Source of the DNA: Phoronis australis
Lineage: Eukaryota; Animalia; Phoronida
DNA length: 64,000 bases
Assembly: GCA_002633005.1 (NCBI GenBank)
Contig: NMRA01000032.1
Coordinates: forward strand, 1,500,672 to 1,564,671
Reading direction: 5' to 3'
Shown here: positions 52,374 to 64,000 of the stretch, piece by piece
How the letters are laid out: each line of letters starts with the position of its first letter
Position numbering within the stretch: position 1 is the stretch's first letter
The notes under the pieces: generated by a model
Database searches by the model: none
What the model was told of the DNA's origin: nothing
The model's input: only the letters and a program-made list of their open reading frames with translations
Made by a program: the position numbers and the translations under genes

Positions 52374-53556
52374 CTGTAAAATAAAATAAAATCAATTCAA
52401 TCGCAATACATTGAAAAAACAATATTATAAAATAATGTCCTCCTGCACAATCGAGTAATTAGAACCATGTGCTATAACTGTATTTCTTTTGTTTCAGAAA
52501 CTATATTTTGCTAACATATTTCACACATAAGAACATGGGTGCAAGTTTTCCATTTCATTGTACACGCGCATATCTAATTCTGTATATGCATCATCTATTC
52601 ATTTTCGTAGTTAACATCTCCATTCAAAACTCGACACCATTTAATGGTTTCAAAGCAATAAAGTTTCATTCTCACGTTATTTTTAAAATATGCACTTTCA
52701 TTTTACTCATTATATAAGCCAGGGTTTTTACACATCGTGGTATGCGGAATGAGCCCACATTTGCATACAGGGACAGCTTCATCACAATGACGCCTAAATA
52801 ATTATGTGTATCAATGTCATTGTGGAGATGTTTTTATTGTAGATAGTATCACCACAAAGATACATGGACCAGTTGACAATACATTTTGTGCGCGCTGACA
52901 CATACTGCTGAAGCACTTTGCTATGACAGAGCACATTACTAACAGACCCACATACTATAGACAGTATGAGCAAATTGTTAATTGTCCAATGGTGGCATTT
53001 TCTAAAATGAGCTTAGGAGGAAGACATGCTATTACTAGTTGCAATCAATATGTTCTGACAAATTCAAATGGCTGACCGAAAATAGCAGTTCTACATAGCA
53101 TTGCCAATACATATAGTACACGACTACACGATTATCAAAATTAAATATCTTCACTAAAAATACATGACAACCACAGCCATGTTATAAGCAAAAAGTTGAC
53201 ATTCAAATCATTCGCCTCAACAAGTTTCGAATGAGAACAGCCAGGGCTACTAAAGTGTCTTTTTGAATACTTGAATATTACTGAAAATATACTTAAGTGC
53301 TGTTATGTTCTGTAAGGGAGAGTTAACATGTTTCTTTGTAGTAAATAAAACAATTTACAAGAACCAAATTCAGATACTGGTTAAATTTTGGGAGTGACAA
53401 TTTATTTTGAAAAATGCTTTTTGATTTTCCATTTTTCATCACATTGTTTCTCATCAAGATAGCTCTACTCTGCTGCACCATCAATTCACATTTCTTTTAC
53501 GCTCGAAGTTAATCAGATAGCAGCTCATAAAGCACTTGATACTGAATGAGACATAC

Positions 53557-53640
53557 CTCTCTTCATCCCACCCTCCAGTGGGATCCGTTAAGTCCAATTT
53601 AACCTTTTCATTACAGGTGCGACACATTATACCTCTACAA
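53557..53640 (-). CDS. Roco gene 5' exon (CxxC cassette; contains candidate start ATG 53627)
   Basis: tatttgcag|T CRGIMCRTCNEKVKLDLTDPTGGWDEE AG|gtatgt. 84 nt, phase 2-2, in frame with the main exon. Confidence 0.72.
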
Positions 53641-54744
53641 CTGCAAATACGTCATATCAATTACTAATAAGTACAATATCTTGCCACGAGTGTTCCCATA
53701 ATATATCCACACCATTCACATAAACAATCTCCTACAACATTAAATCAAACATATTAGTCATTAAGTACATGAGTTAATATGACAGTGGCTAAGATTTCTT
53801 CATCATCATGTTACTGCAAAAGTGCGACTACTCAACATTTCTAATGCAGCGATGAATTTAACAACAGCCATGGGATTAAAATGTTTCTGAAAAAGAAATA
53901 TGTTGTAATAAATAGCTCATTAAGCTTATTTATCAACATAGTTCAGCCTCTGACAATTAGAAAACACCCAACTCTCATTAGTGAATTCTGTAAACTCTCA
54001 GCTCGTCATTTCAGATTTGAGGTCGGCTTATAGTACCGCGAACATCTGATAGGACCCGATGCAATGAGGCCGATTGCAATGCTAATACTGCGTTGCAGTG
54101 GCTCACTACATACAGCGAGTCGCAACCATAAAAACGATAAAAAAACACGACTTCTACAGCCAGAAATTAAGGGATTTTGTAAGGTAGTGTTCTTTACATT
54201 CATTAACTTAATGTTATGTTGTATTAGAAAGCAAGAATGTTGATCATATTCAGCACCTTTGTGATCAGTCATTTTAAAATAAATTGCCTTTTTTCAGAAT
54301 CGGCACAGATCCCTCGGATGCAGCGCTACAATTGATCACTTGTGTGGGCAACTCGACTCCGTTTGAATCACCAGCTCATGATTATGTCAGTCATTAGTGC
54401 CGTTACTACAAAAGTTGACATGGATCAGCTGACACGGATCGAGATGTTCCAGTGTGTAAGCCACGCTGACACGGAGCAAATTGACATCACGATGACAACT
54501 TTTGCCACCTGTTAATGGTAGGTAGAGCAACTTACATTCGAACACCTTCCTCCGTGTCAATTATATGTCTAAAAGCGAAACTGGGGCAAGGCGAAAATGA
54601 TCATCTCTACTGCACTAAGTGCAATGACCTACAAACGGGTTCTCTATCTCTGCAACTCCCGCTATTTGAAAACCTGTGCATATGCATTCCACTCTCCAGC
54701 GTACAACTTCTGTCTTGCCACATTTAGTGAATTGCATGTGTAAC

Positions 54745-54942
54745 CAGTGACGGATTTAGGGAGGGAGGGGCAAGGGGGCCATGGCCGCCCTAAAAATCTC
54801 CTAGATACCATTTGGGCAGTTCGGGGTGCGAATTGTTGACTAGTATATGAGCGTACCAAGGGGGGCTCGGGTAGGGGGGGAGGGGGGCGAATGCACAATG
54901 CATAGGCCNCCCCCCCAACTCAAAAACCTGGATTCTCCCATG
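54745..54942. mobile_element. MITE, same family as 60318-60462 in opposite orientation
   Basis: CAGTGACGGATTTAGG..CCTGGATTCTCCCATG, with flanks GTAAC/GTAAA. Confidence 0.6.
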
Positions 54943-55644
54943 GTAAATGGCCACTATAGTGACACCAATCAAGTTGCTCCGTGTCACTTGTGCTGGATCA
55001 AAAGTTGATGTCTAAAGGGGACTAATGATCTCGCTGTAACAATCATTTAGTTATCTGCCATTGGCACAACCAAATTTTCATGCTGTTCTTATAGCACGTC
55101 CACTGTATGGTCAGAGACTGTCTAACGTCTTTGGTTAACGTTTTTGGTACGATACTTCTTGTACATACACGAATCTCACCACTAAACATCTTGCATCGCA
55201 ATAAGTGCTTATACGCACACACAGGACTGCAGACATTCTATCCTGTAACAGATAATCTCCCGCCGTTTTCATTTTGTGTGACTGATGCACTGGTGTTTTA
55301 AAAAATGATGTACTAAACAACAGGTGTTTGATGTTCGCGCTGATGTGAGCACTACTATACACCATGGGCTAAAACGTTTTCATTCTCTATTGTACGTACA
55401 AAGTAAGCACTTCGTGTTTGAAACGCATTGATAGTGTAATAAAGACACAAAACAGACATCTGCCTCCCCAGCCTTACACATTAATTGATGGGAACAATGT
55501 TGGAGCGTCAGTCACAAGGATATGTTTTTCAAAAACTTGCCACAAATCTTAAAGTTGATCTTATGTTTCAAATATAACAAGTTTGTTTTGAAGGACATTA
55601 AACAATTACTCAACTCAAAAGGCGCTTTTTATTTCGTCTTTGCA

Positions 55645-56411
55645 ATATACAGAACAGATTAAACGCATTGTTGACAGTCTTTATTCCACCACAAGATATT
55701 TCGAAACATACTTGTTTCATTCTCAAGTGAAGTAATGCCACCACAGAGCATAAGTGGGACACGGCGGGTGTGAAATACTGTAAAGAATGACTAATGAAGG
55801 GGGGGGGGGTAACAGGAGAGTCATGCAAACAAGTGTAACGTTCGGCGTGACCCTATTTGCTGCTCATTCAAAACAGGCTTCTCAAATGCAATTAAAAGAG
55901 ACTCTAATACTTTCAATCGTAGCACGTCGTGCTCCATGTACTGAATTGACATGTTTTCCACAATTTCTTAACGGGTGATTTTATGTTCATGACATTGCAG
56001 AAAATGATCTTGGATGCCACCATTTTGAAGATGCAAAGATAACTGACAGGAAAGACTGCAAACTATTGTTTGAGGTTTGAACAAAGGCATTACTTCGTAG
56101 GGCATACAAACTCATAAATAACACTACATTGTGCAACAGGCCGGACTTTCGCTTTAGAAATGTTATTTTTCATGACCAAGTTGGAGGACTTCCTATGCCA
56201 ATAATAAATAAATAACATCGAGGTCATCATCAGGCTTACAAACTTTGAAACAAGTATGTTTCGAAATATCGTGTACCTTTTAATTATGTCGCTAGGTCAG
56301 TTACTTTACCTATGTTCAGTTGAGAGTAGTTTTGTTGCGAAGGTATGAACGTAACGGAATAAAGACTGTCAACAATGAAAAAGTGTTGTGCGTTTAATCT
56401 ATCCTGTATAT
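55645..56411. repeat. Degenerate foldback element
   Basis: TTGTTGACAGTCTTTATTCC and GATATTTCGAAACATACTTGTTTCA (55668-55719) are inverted at 56356-56376 and 56246-56270. Confidence 0.6.
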
Positions 56412-57091
56412 TCGAAAACTTGCTTCCGAAGTACAGCCAATCTTAGTTATACAAAATACAAACAACAAAACATGATTGGCAACTTAAGCAAGCCATTTAT
56501 GCCCACAAACATATTACCTTTGCCTTTAGTGGGAGTCATTCACAACTTTCAAAGTTAGCTATCTCAAAATAAAAACACTTACTGTTAGTAGTATATCAGG
56601 GGCCAAGTTTTATTGAAATCCTAAAATTTTGTATTTTAAATTCGTAAAATACGTCTTTTTCACTTTGGAATTCATATTTTTTAAATCACTGCCAATAGAT
56701 AATTGTGAACCTTTCAATTAAATTTATTGTGAAATTTACTTGAAAGATGGGATGATGAAGTTCTGTCTATGCACACTTTATCGTGAAGCCTCAGTTCATG
56801 ATTTACAGCTGGTTCATTTGGTTAAGAGCGAAATCATAGACCAAAATATACAAACACATTCATTATCAAAATTTCATCTTATTTCAACGTTTCAACATTT
56901 TTCCTAATAAGAAAATTTCAAACTTCGCAATCTTGAAATTATTTTTGCAGACTACAATTTCATGTACTTAACAAAGAATTATGGACACAAAATTTGATAA
57001 AACACAATAGAGGTGAATGCTAAATGAAACAACTGAAGCCCACTACACAGCACTTTTACACGCCTACATTTAGATATACATCACTACATAC

Positions 57092-57151
57092 CTCATCTGG
57101 TTAATGATGGACAATTTACTCCTTCCACGACATCTTTTACACGATAGATCT
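57092..57151 (-). CDS. Candidate Roco 5' cassette exon (CxxC)
   Basis: tattgcag|A DLSCKRCRGRSKLSIINQM AG|gtatgt. 60 nt, phase 2-2. Its flank is paralogous to the flank of exon 53557-53640. Confidence 0.55.
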
Positions 57152-57351
57152 CTGCAATATCGAATCAAACATGTCAGGCCATTAGTACAATATCATGCCA
57201 CAAGTGTTCCCATACATACACATCAGTACACCAGTCATACAACAAACTCTTACAACATCAAATCAAGGACATTAGCCATTAAATTAGGACCTTAATAAAG
57301 GACATCACCTCTAAGTCAAATATCGAAAAAATATAATGCTTCCCATATCTA

Positions 57352-58310
57352 CCGTAAACGTTCGGGTTAACGCCCTGGGCGGTTAAATTGGCAAACCCAA
57401 AAAATTGGGGGTGGGCGGTTAACCAGACTTGGGCGCTTAAACGTGAAATTTCAAGAAATCCAGGGTGGGCGGTTAACCGAACATGGGCGCTTATTACTAC
57501 AGACAACTGCCCTGGGCGGTTAATCTTACCTCGAACTTGGAACGCGTAGCACTTCTCAAATAGCGTTTACGTCACGTCGCCACTATTAAATTTACATAAT
57601 TGCTGAGTAATAGCCCCGTGGCGTCCTGCGGTCTTGTTACTTTGCTCTCTAGAGCGCAGACGACCAGTGACCAGGCAGCCTCTACTATTTCAAGATGTGA
57701 CCTTGTTAAAGTGAGGGCGTGCAAGCTTCATGTGTTGCAGAGGTCACAGCAGACATCTAATTGATGGTTACAGTCTCGTACTGAGCTGCCAAGTTCATAG
57801 TCAGAGAGCAGTTTTCAAATTAGTTGTAATAAAAGTTTGAAAAACTTAATCCAGATGTTTTTTGTGTTTAAGATGTTTATAGTCGACACTCCGTGACTAA
57901 ATGACATTTTCAGCGTATGGTTCTGTGGCTAGCTGTTTTATCTGGACCGCCCGGCATTGCTCACTTGCCGTGGCGCCAAATATGCTCGGCAAAGAACTAG
58001 GCCACTCGTCAATCAAGAATAAAATTTCGAGCCACGGCATCAATATGTGATAAAACGCCACAAAACAGCTATGTTTCAATCCATTCTTAAACGATCACCT
58101 TACCAAACTTCGTGGTGGAAAAAAGATTTATTTTTCATGCAAGATGTCCAGATGATCCTAATTATATCACTAGCAATATCACACTGCGGAACTGTTCGGT
58201 CCCGCTGTTAGCGCGCAGTGTCTCATTCGGCTGACAATCATGATTTGGAAATGCCGTCAAGTAATATAACGGCCTCTTTCAATATGCATCCCGCTTTTTA
58301 TGGCCAAAGA
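57352..58310. mobile_element. TA-flanked TIR element, copy 3 (right part missing)
   Basis: Colinear with 33251-34344 up to TTTTATGGCCAAAGA, then unrelated sequence. Confidence 0.8.
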
Positions 58311-60317
58311 GTAGAGTCTTCGCAGATAAACCGTGCTTCTGTGCTGGGAACGCGCCGTGGAGAAACTAGGCTGTCAAACCCAGAGGATTTTTTAACTTGC
58401 CACTGGCCGTAATCCAAAGAATTAGAGAAATGACCCAGTGTTCAACATAACAAAATTTTTCTAGTGCATACATGTAGATTCAAACGTAACCCTAAATTAA
58501 AACTCATGATATTATACGATTTTAGATGAAAGCAACATAAGAAACTTTAGTAACTTGAGAATCTCACCCAAGCGACACTAAGTGATATTTTCTTATCCCG
58601 AAGTCCATTCGGTACAGGCACGCAAAAATGTTGAATCATTACTATGAAAGTAGTTCATTATCCTCGTCGCCAATATTGTTATGTAGGCAGTAACACGTCG
58701 ATTTGATATAACACATATATTGGTTGATGATAATATTGGAATACTAACAAATAGGTCTGTGTAATATAGTTAGAGAGTCTTTTACAAACTGAGTGGAGAG
58801 TTCAGATGAATCGTATAAACAATCAACACATGGTTTTAATGTGTGGTCGGCACACCAGTACAGCAGACAATAGATCAACGCTAAGCTCCGCCCACGTGAC
58901 AGCCATATTTGTTTTGGTCGTCTGTCGTGCTTCACAAGTTCGAAAAAATTATCAAAATTACGCTGTAAACAAACAGGTATGTCACATTTTCTAAATATGA
59001 AGTAAATATCAGCTGTATTTCTAGTACTTCAACAAAAATTGGAACATAATGACCACGCATTCTGAACGAAAATTTGATCTCAAGTGGCAATCGATGACCG
59101 CCTAACTGCAAAGCCGTTTTTCTCGGCTCGTGATTTCAGGATAGTGACAAAATTCTCGGGCCTATTTTTCCACAACACGTGGGTCAATTTTTACAAAAGT
59201 TGCAAATTTGAAATCCTCTAGGACTGAAGTAAAATCGCATGCCAGGGTTTTTCTATAAATGGACCAGATTTTTAGTTATTAGACGGAAAGTGACCAAATG
59301 ACAAAAAGTGGCGTGCTTGCCCCAACTCACACACAAAAAATGCCACAAAATCAAGATCATAATGATTTTGTACATATATTTGGTATGAATAAGTACAATA
59401 TTGCGTAAGGAAACAGTTGATGATGATCCATGTGCATTTTGAAAAAAAAAATCGAGGTAAAATTGGATTTTTTGAAAATTAAAAAATACGATTTTTTAAA
59501 AAAACAAACTACAAAAGAAACTTTTTTTCTCGATTTTTGTCACTTTCAGAGTCACGTCTAACTAGTTAAAAGTCCCTTTTCACTCATTTTAGTTAGGAAC
59601 CTGGAGATTTGATCAGTGTATACGCCTACCTTAATGGTTGATAAAGCATATTTTTTTGATATTTGACTTATTATTGAGGTCGTTTATTAAGGTCCTAGAC
59701 AACCTTAAGTACATTTCTGAGTCAATATGGTAAGCAATAGATTTCCACATCATATTACAACAAAAGTGTGGCAGCAGTCATGTCCAATACAGCCATGTAT
59801 TTAACAATAGCCATGTGATTACCATGTTTCTGAAAAATAAAGATATAGCCTTTATTATGAACAGAGTTCGGCGCTCAATATTTAGTTTTACCCAATTCCC
59901 AGGTGGCTAAATGAAATCTGTGATCAGCAAATCTGGCGTAGAAATCGTTGACAAAAAATACCATACTTCATTCTCAGTATACCAAAACAAGACTGCGGAG
60001 GAAAAACTGTAACTCAAGAGTGGGCCAGCAAGACTCTTGTACATTTTAACTAGCCAAGCTGAAGCATAGCGATGATTGTGACCTCAAGACCATATATGCA
60101 CAGATTGGGACCCACCCCTTACCTCATGGCCTTGAAAATAATGAAGAATTTTTAATGCACATCAACTGGTTAATGGGAAACTTGCCAAGGCAGTGAGTAG
60201 CATTATTGATTGTATCAGAAAGTTGCAAAACATATAGACATTGTAATACAGTGTATCAATACCAGTCTGCTGGGTAAATTGGAGGCTCTTGAATCTAACA
60301 AAAGGCTAGCTAGCTGC

Positions 60318-60462
60318 CAGGGGCGGATCCAGGATTTTGAGTTGGGGGGCAGGGCAGAGTATTAGCCAGGATTTTGCCCGCCAGACATTCGCACACAATG
60401 GAAACTGGGAGAATTTTAGGAGGGGCCATGGCCCCTTTGGCCCCCCTCTAAATCCGCCATTG
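60318..60462. mobile_element. MITE with 5-bp TSD
   Basis: GCTGC|CAGGGGCGGATCCAG .. CTAAATCCGCCATTG|GCTGC. Confidence 0.75.
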
Positions 60463-61454
60463 GCTGCCATAAAAAATTTGGAGAGTGCACTGCAATCATT
60501 GCAGGCTTATTTTTGAGTCAATAATTTACCTCACCCACTGCTGCTACGGACAAGCATAGTTATCGCGAAATTTTAGGAAACAGCACGCATTTCAGCAGCA
60601 TACCGCTTTCAAAACGGCAGATTTTTCTTGTTACTGACAAAGGGTGGAGCATTACACAAAAATGACCTTGATTAGATTGTTTTTCACTTAAAAGGCTGTA
60701 ACGGGAAAAGGTGAGTGTGTGTTGACTTCCAGATTCTGCGTGCACCGACACTGTTCGTTATCTATACATGTTGATATAGGTTCCACGACAAGGTGACAAG
60801 CAGAGCTACCTGGGTTGTGTGAAATTTTAGTGTCTAATGAAGCTAAAGACACAGTAGTACCAGCTGTAAATTGACAATAGTTTCATACAGCCATCTGGGC
60901 TTCTATCAACTAGATTTATAATTTAACTAATTTGTAAGTGCATTTTATACTTTATGTACAATACTTTCGTAGTTTTCACTTTAAAGAATAGCTGATTACC
61001 TTAAATTATATAAGGGCAAATCACAATCAAGGTCCATATTCGGTGGCAACTTTTGATAAAAAATGAAGTGTGGCTGCAGAACATTTCCAATACAGTAAGG
61101 TATTTAATAGCCATGTGAGTTTCAGCAAAAGCTACAAACATATTATTAATATTTCAGTCTTCTCAAAACAACTGCAACAGACTCCCATCAAACTGTTACC
61201 AAATTAGTCACTTATAGCCCCCTTCATTTGGTTGAGTGTGAAAATGATAAAGGATCAAGCAAATACACAAATTGTTATTAATTTTGAAAAACCCTCACAT
61301 CAAAATTGCTATGTTTCAGCATTTTTCCTACGTTGAATTATAATTTTGGGAGACTGCAATTTCGTGGACTTAACACAGAACGTGACTGACACAAAATTTT
61401 ACAAAGCATATTGTATGATTACGGCTAAATAAAACAGCTGAAGCCACATTTATA

Positions 61455-62470
61455 AGCGAAATTAACGGAAAAGACAACGACGGAGATGATGACGAATATG
61501 ATGATGGTGGTGGCGATGATGAACAACATCACAACCTTCATATGACGAATTTAGATGTCATAAATCATTAAGAAATAGGCTGCAGTCTAGTTCAATTGAA
61601 GCTAAACCAACCTGAATGCAGCAAGAGCGTTCAACAAAGGAACAGCGTTATCAGTAAATCTCAAATAACTCAAAAAGTAGACATCGTAGAGAAAAATGGA
61701 AAGCATCTTCTGAAAGCCCGTTCAAAACTCTATATAAACTGATGGTATCGCTTAATTCCATAAATTTTTTGAAAAAACTGAAATTTAGCGTTTTTTTAAG
61801 AAATTCAAAGACAAATAACTCGGAAACGGTAAGTCTGAGAAAAAAAATTGTTGAGGCCATTTGAAAGAATATACTTCAAAGAAGCCACATGCAAAAAATC
61901 ACGTCTTTTTCTCTTCTCGTTTAAAATCGCACTCGAGTACGACTGAAAATGGGTCAACAGGCGCCAGATCCGCCATCTTGAAAGCAACTTCCGGTTTTTT
62001 GGCTTTGTAAAATAGCATGTCACAAGAAACTAATACCTGTAAAAATTCAAAGGAATTGGTCTTATAATACGCCCTCTACAGGAGAAAACGTTTTTAGGCC
62101 GAAATCGAGGTGCGCATGCGCGATCGCCGATATTTCTGCCATCTTTAACCGGAAGTAAACAGTTTCCAGTATACTTATAGCAAACTTCCGGTCCATTTAC
62201 TGGGCCGATTCTTAGCCTTTTACATAAAAAATTGTAGCCTCCAGAAGCATTTGAACCTTTAAATGAAAACAAAATGGCCGTCACAGCCGCCATCTTGGAT
62301 CCGATTTTGACGAAAAACAATAGGCTTCCAGTACTTCCAGAACTACATGTTATGTGTAAATTTCGTGATGATCGGACGAAAAATTGTATCGTGCGAACAA
62401 ACAAAAAAAAACAAAAAAACAAACTTAGTGGAAGAGCAACATACTTGGCGAAATTTATTTCGCCAAGTTA
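61455..62470 (+). mobile_element. ~1-kb repeat with (GAT)n head and terminal hairpin, copy 2
   Basis: Homologous to 27865-28745. It ends in the hairpin ACTTGGCGAAAT-TT-ATTTCGCCAAGT. Confidence 0.75.
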
Positions 62471-63069
62471 AATTTCGGTAAGTAATAAGGAGTCTAACAG
62501 CGACAAAACATTATATCATACATCTATATTAATTACATCCTTTTCTTAATAATGTACGTTTTGTATGTATTTCACAAATTCCTGGGGCATTTAAATGCAA
62601 TACTACATAAATTGTGGGTATTCATCAACACACAGAGGGCAAAATATAATGCTTCCAGGGCTCCACACTACTTTTTGTACATATTTTTTCGGAAGAAACA
62701 TTAAGAAACACACGTGCTGATATTAGAATGTGAAATACTCCCAAGGTTATCAACTAAGTCAAGAAGTTTTGAATGAAAAGGTATTTTTTGTGAGGTCATT
62801 GGTCATAGTTGAAGAGCTAAAAAGTGCTTTTATTATCTGTAAGAGAAAGTTCACATGTACCTTTGTTGTGGATAACAAAATTCACTTTAACAAATGCATA
62901 TACTGGTTAAATTTTAGGGTTGATCAACCAGTTTAAACAAATCTGTTTTTAAACACGTTTCATCAAGACAGTGCTGCTGTGTTAGCACCATCAATTCAGA
63001 TATATTCCATTGGCAGACAGTAAAGCAATTGATAGTGAATGAGACAAAAGGAAGTATTTAAATACAAAC

Positions 63070-63132
63070 CTCTTTTCAAGCAATTCTGTCTTGGACATCC
63101 ATTTCACATCTGCACAGATTCCACAATGCACC
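63070..63132 (-). CDS. Candidate Roco 5' cassette exon (CxxC)
   Basis: tttgatgttgtag|G VHCGICADVKWMSKTELLEK AG|gtttgt. 63 nt, phase 2-2, with an in-frame ATG at 63098. The downstream intron 62760-63046 is paralogous to 53220-53552. Confidence 0.5.
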
Positions 63133-63334
63133 CTACAACATCAAATCAAACAAATAAACAGCCATTAACTCATTCGACCCTGAGCACCATATGGAATAAA
63201 TTGCTTAGTGGCCTGGCTGAGCTGTATAAATGTCTACCCCCTTGAAGTTGGAGGGTATTTCACTCGGAACTAGGTCACAAGCACTGCAGATAACTAAAAC
63301 CTCATCACTCAGTCATTAGTAAACATATACTTAC

Positions 63335-63700
63335 CAAATTTTCAGCAATACATCGAGTAAATGAGCTTCATGTTGACATAAAATTTATCCAAGTTCAATA
63401 TCGATAAAGGGTTGAACAAGAGGTTTTACTTTATGTTTTCCAGAAACAAAGACATTTGTTTATAAATAATCCCTTTAAATTTCCAGAAAACATGTCAAAA
63501 AAGTTTTCCGTGTAGCATATCCTCATCATAAAGTAGATCACTAAAATCTGTATCTAAATCTGACCACTCAGTGCTATAAGTATCTACACTGTCATATCCA
63601 TAATCACTGAAGTCTATATCTAAATGTGACCAGTGTCATCAGTATCCACACTATCCTCCATAATAAAAGCTTCAAGAACTGTGAGAGAGCAGCAGAGATG
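63335..63700 (-). other. Probable 5'-most exon of the Roco gene with decayed coding-like content
   Basis: Canonical donor TTG|GTAAGT at 63335. It holds a duplicated acidic peptide-like repeat broken by frameshifts and stops. The 5' boundary is unknown. Confidence 0.4.
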
Positions 63701-64000
63701 ATGTCCATATAATATCAAGGCAGCAATTTCAAGTGAGTGTGTGCACAGTGCTAGTCACAGCATAGACTATAGTACATGGACCGCCAACTCTGTATACTTT
63801 CAATGGACGAAATCTGTGAGCTTGCGCACAAGCCTTTACGTCATTATTCACTGGCGACACCTGGCTAAATTATCTGGTGTAATTTCCGGCAAGTACGTCG
63901 TCTGCTAATCATGGTCGGTTGCTGTGTGGCCGGTTGTTCGGCTACGCAGGCGAAATGCAGAGGCGTTAGCTTCCATAGTGTACGGAGACCCCAAAATCCG

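Noticed and set aside
60115-60200. Donor ATGAG|GTAAGG resembling another cassette exon
   Set aside because: There is an in-frame stop in phase 2 and no CxxC; at best this is a dead copy.

Overview
AT-rich, intron-rich, transposon-rich eukaryotic DNA from an invertebrate metazoan; the species cannot be determined from the sequence. Four genes can be supported. (1) An intronless class A GPCR (2941..4143 +). (2) A three-coding-exon NMES1/C15orf48-like gene of the NDUFA4 family (8978..12490 +), whose intron 2 holds a miR-147-like hairpin. (3) The first exon only of a MaoC/HTD2-type hydroxyacyl-thioester dehydratase (18293..18573 +). (4) A gene of at least 30-40 kb on the minus strand encoding an LRR-ROC-COR (Roco, MFHAS1-like) protein. 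Manual splicing extends the Roco protein through four small distant exons into a C-terminal death effector domain (DED), about 1212 aa from ATG 53627. Its LRR region contains five recent 135-nt tandem units; in the adjacent pair compared codon by codon, every differing codon is amino-acid changing. Its 5' end carries a duplicated set of small phase-2/phase-2 exons that each encode a CxxC motif. Together this looks like a diversifying, death-signalling innate immune receptor locus. Introns and intergenic DNA contain SINEs, an L1/Tx1 remnant, TA-flanked TIR elements, HINE-like elements, MITEs and minisatellites. All gene models were built by eye from splice signals and reading-frame phase, without transcript evidence.
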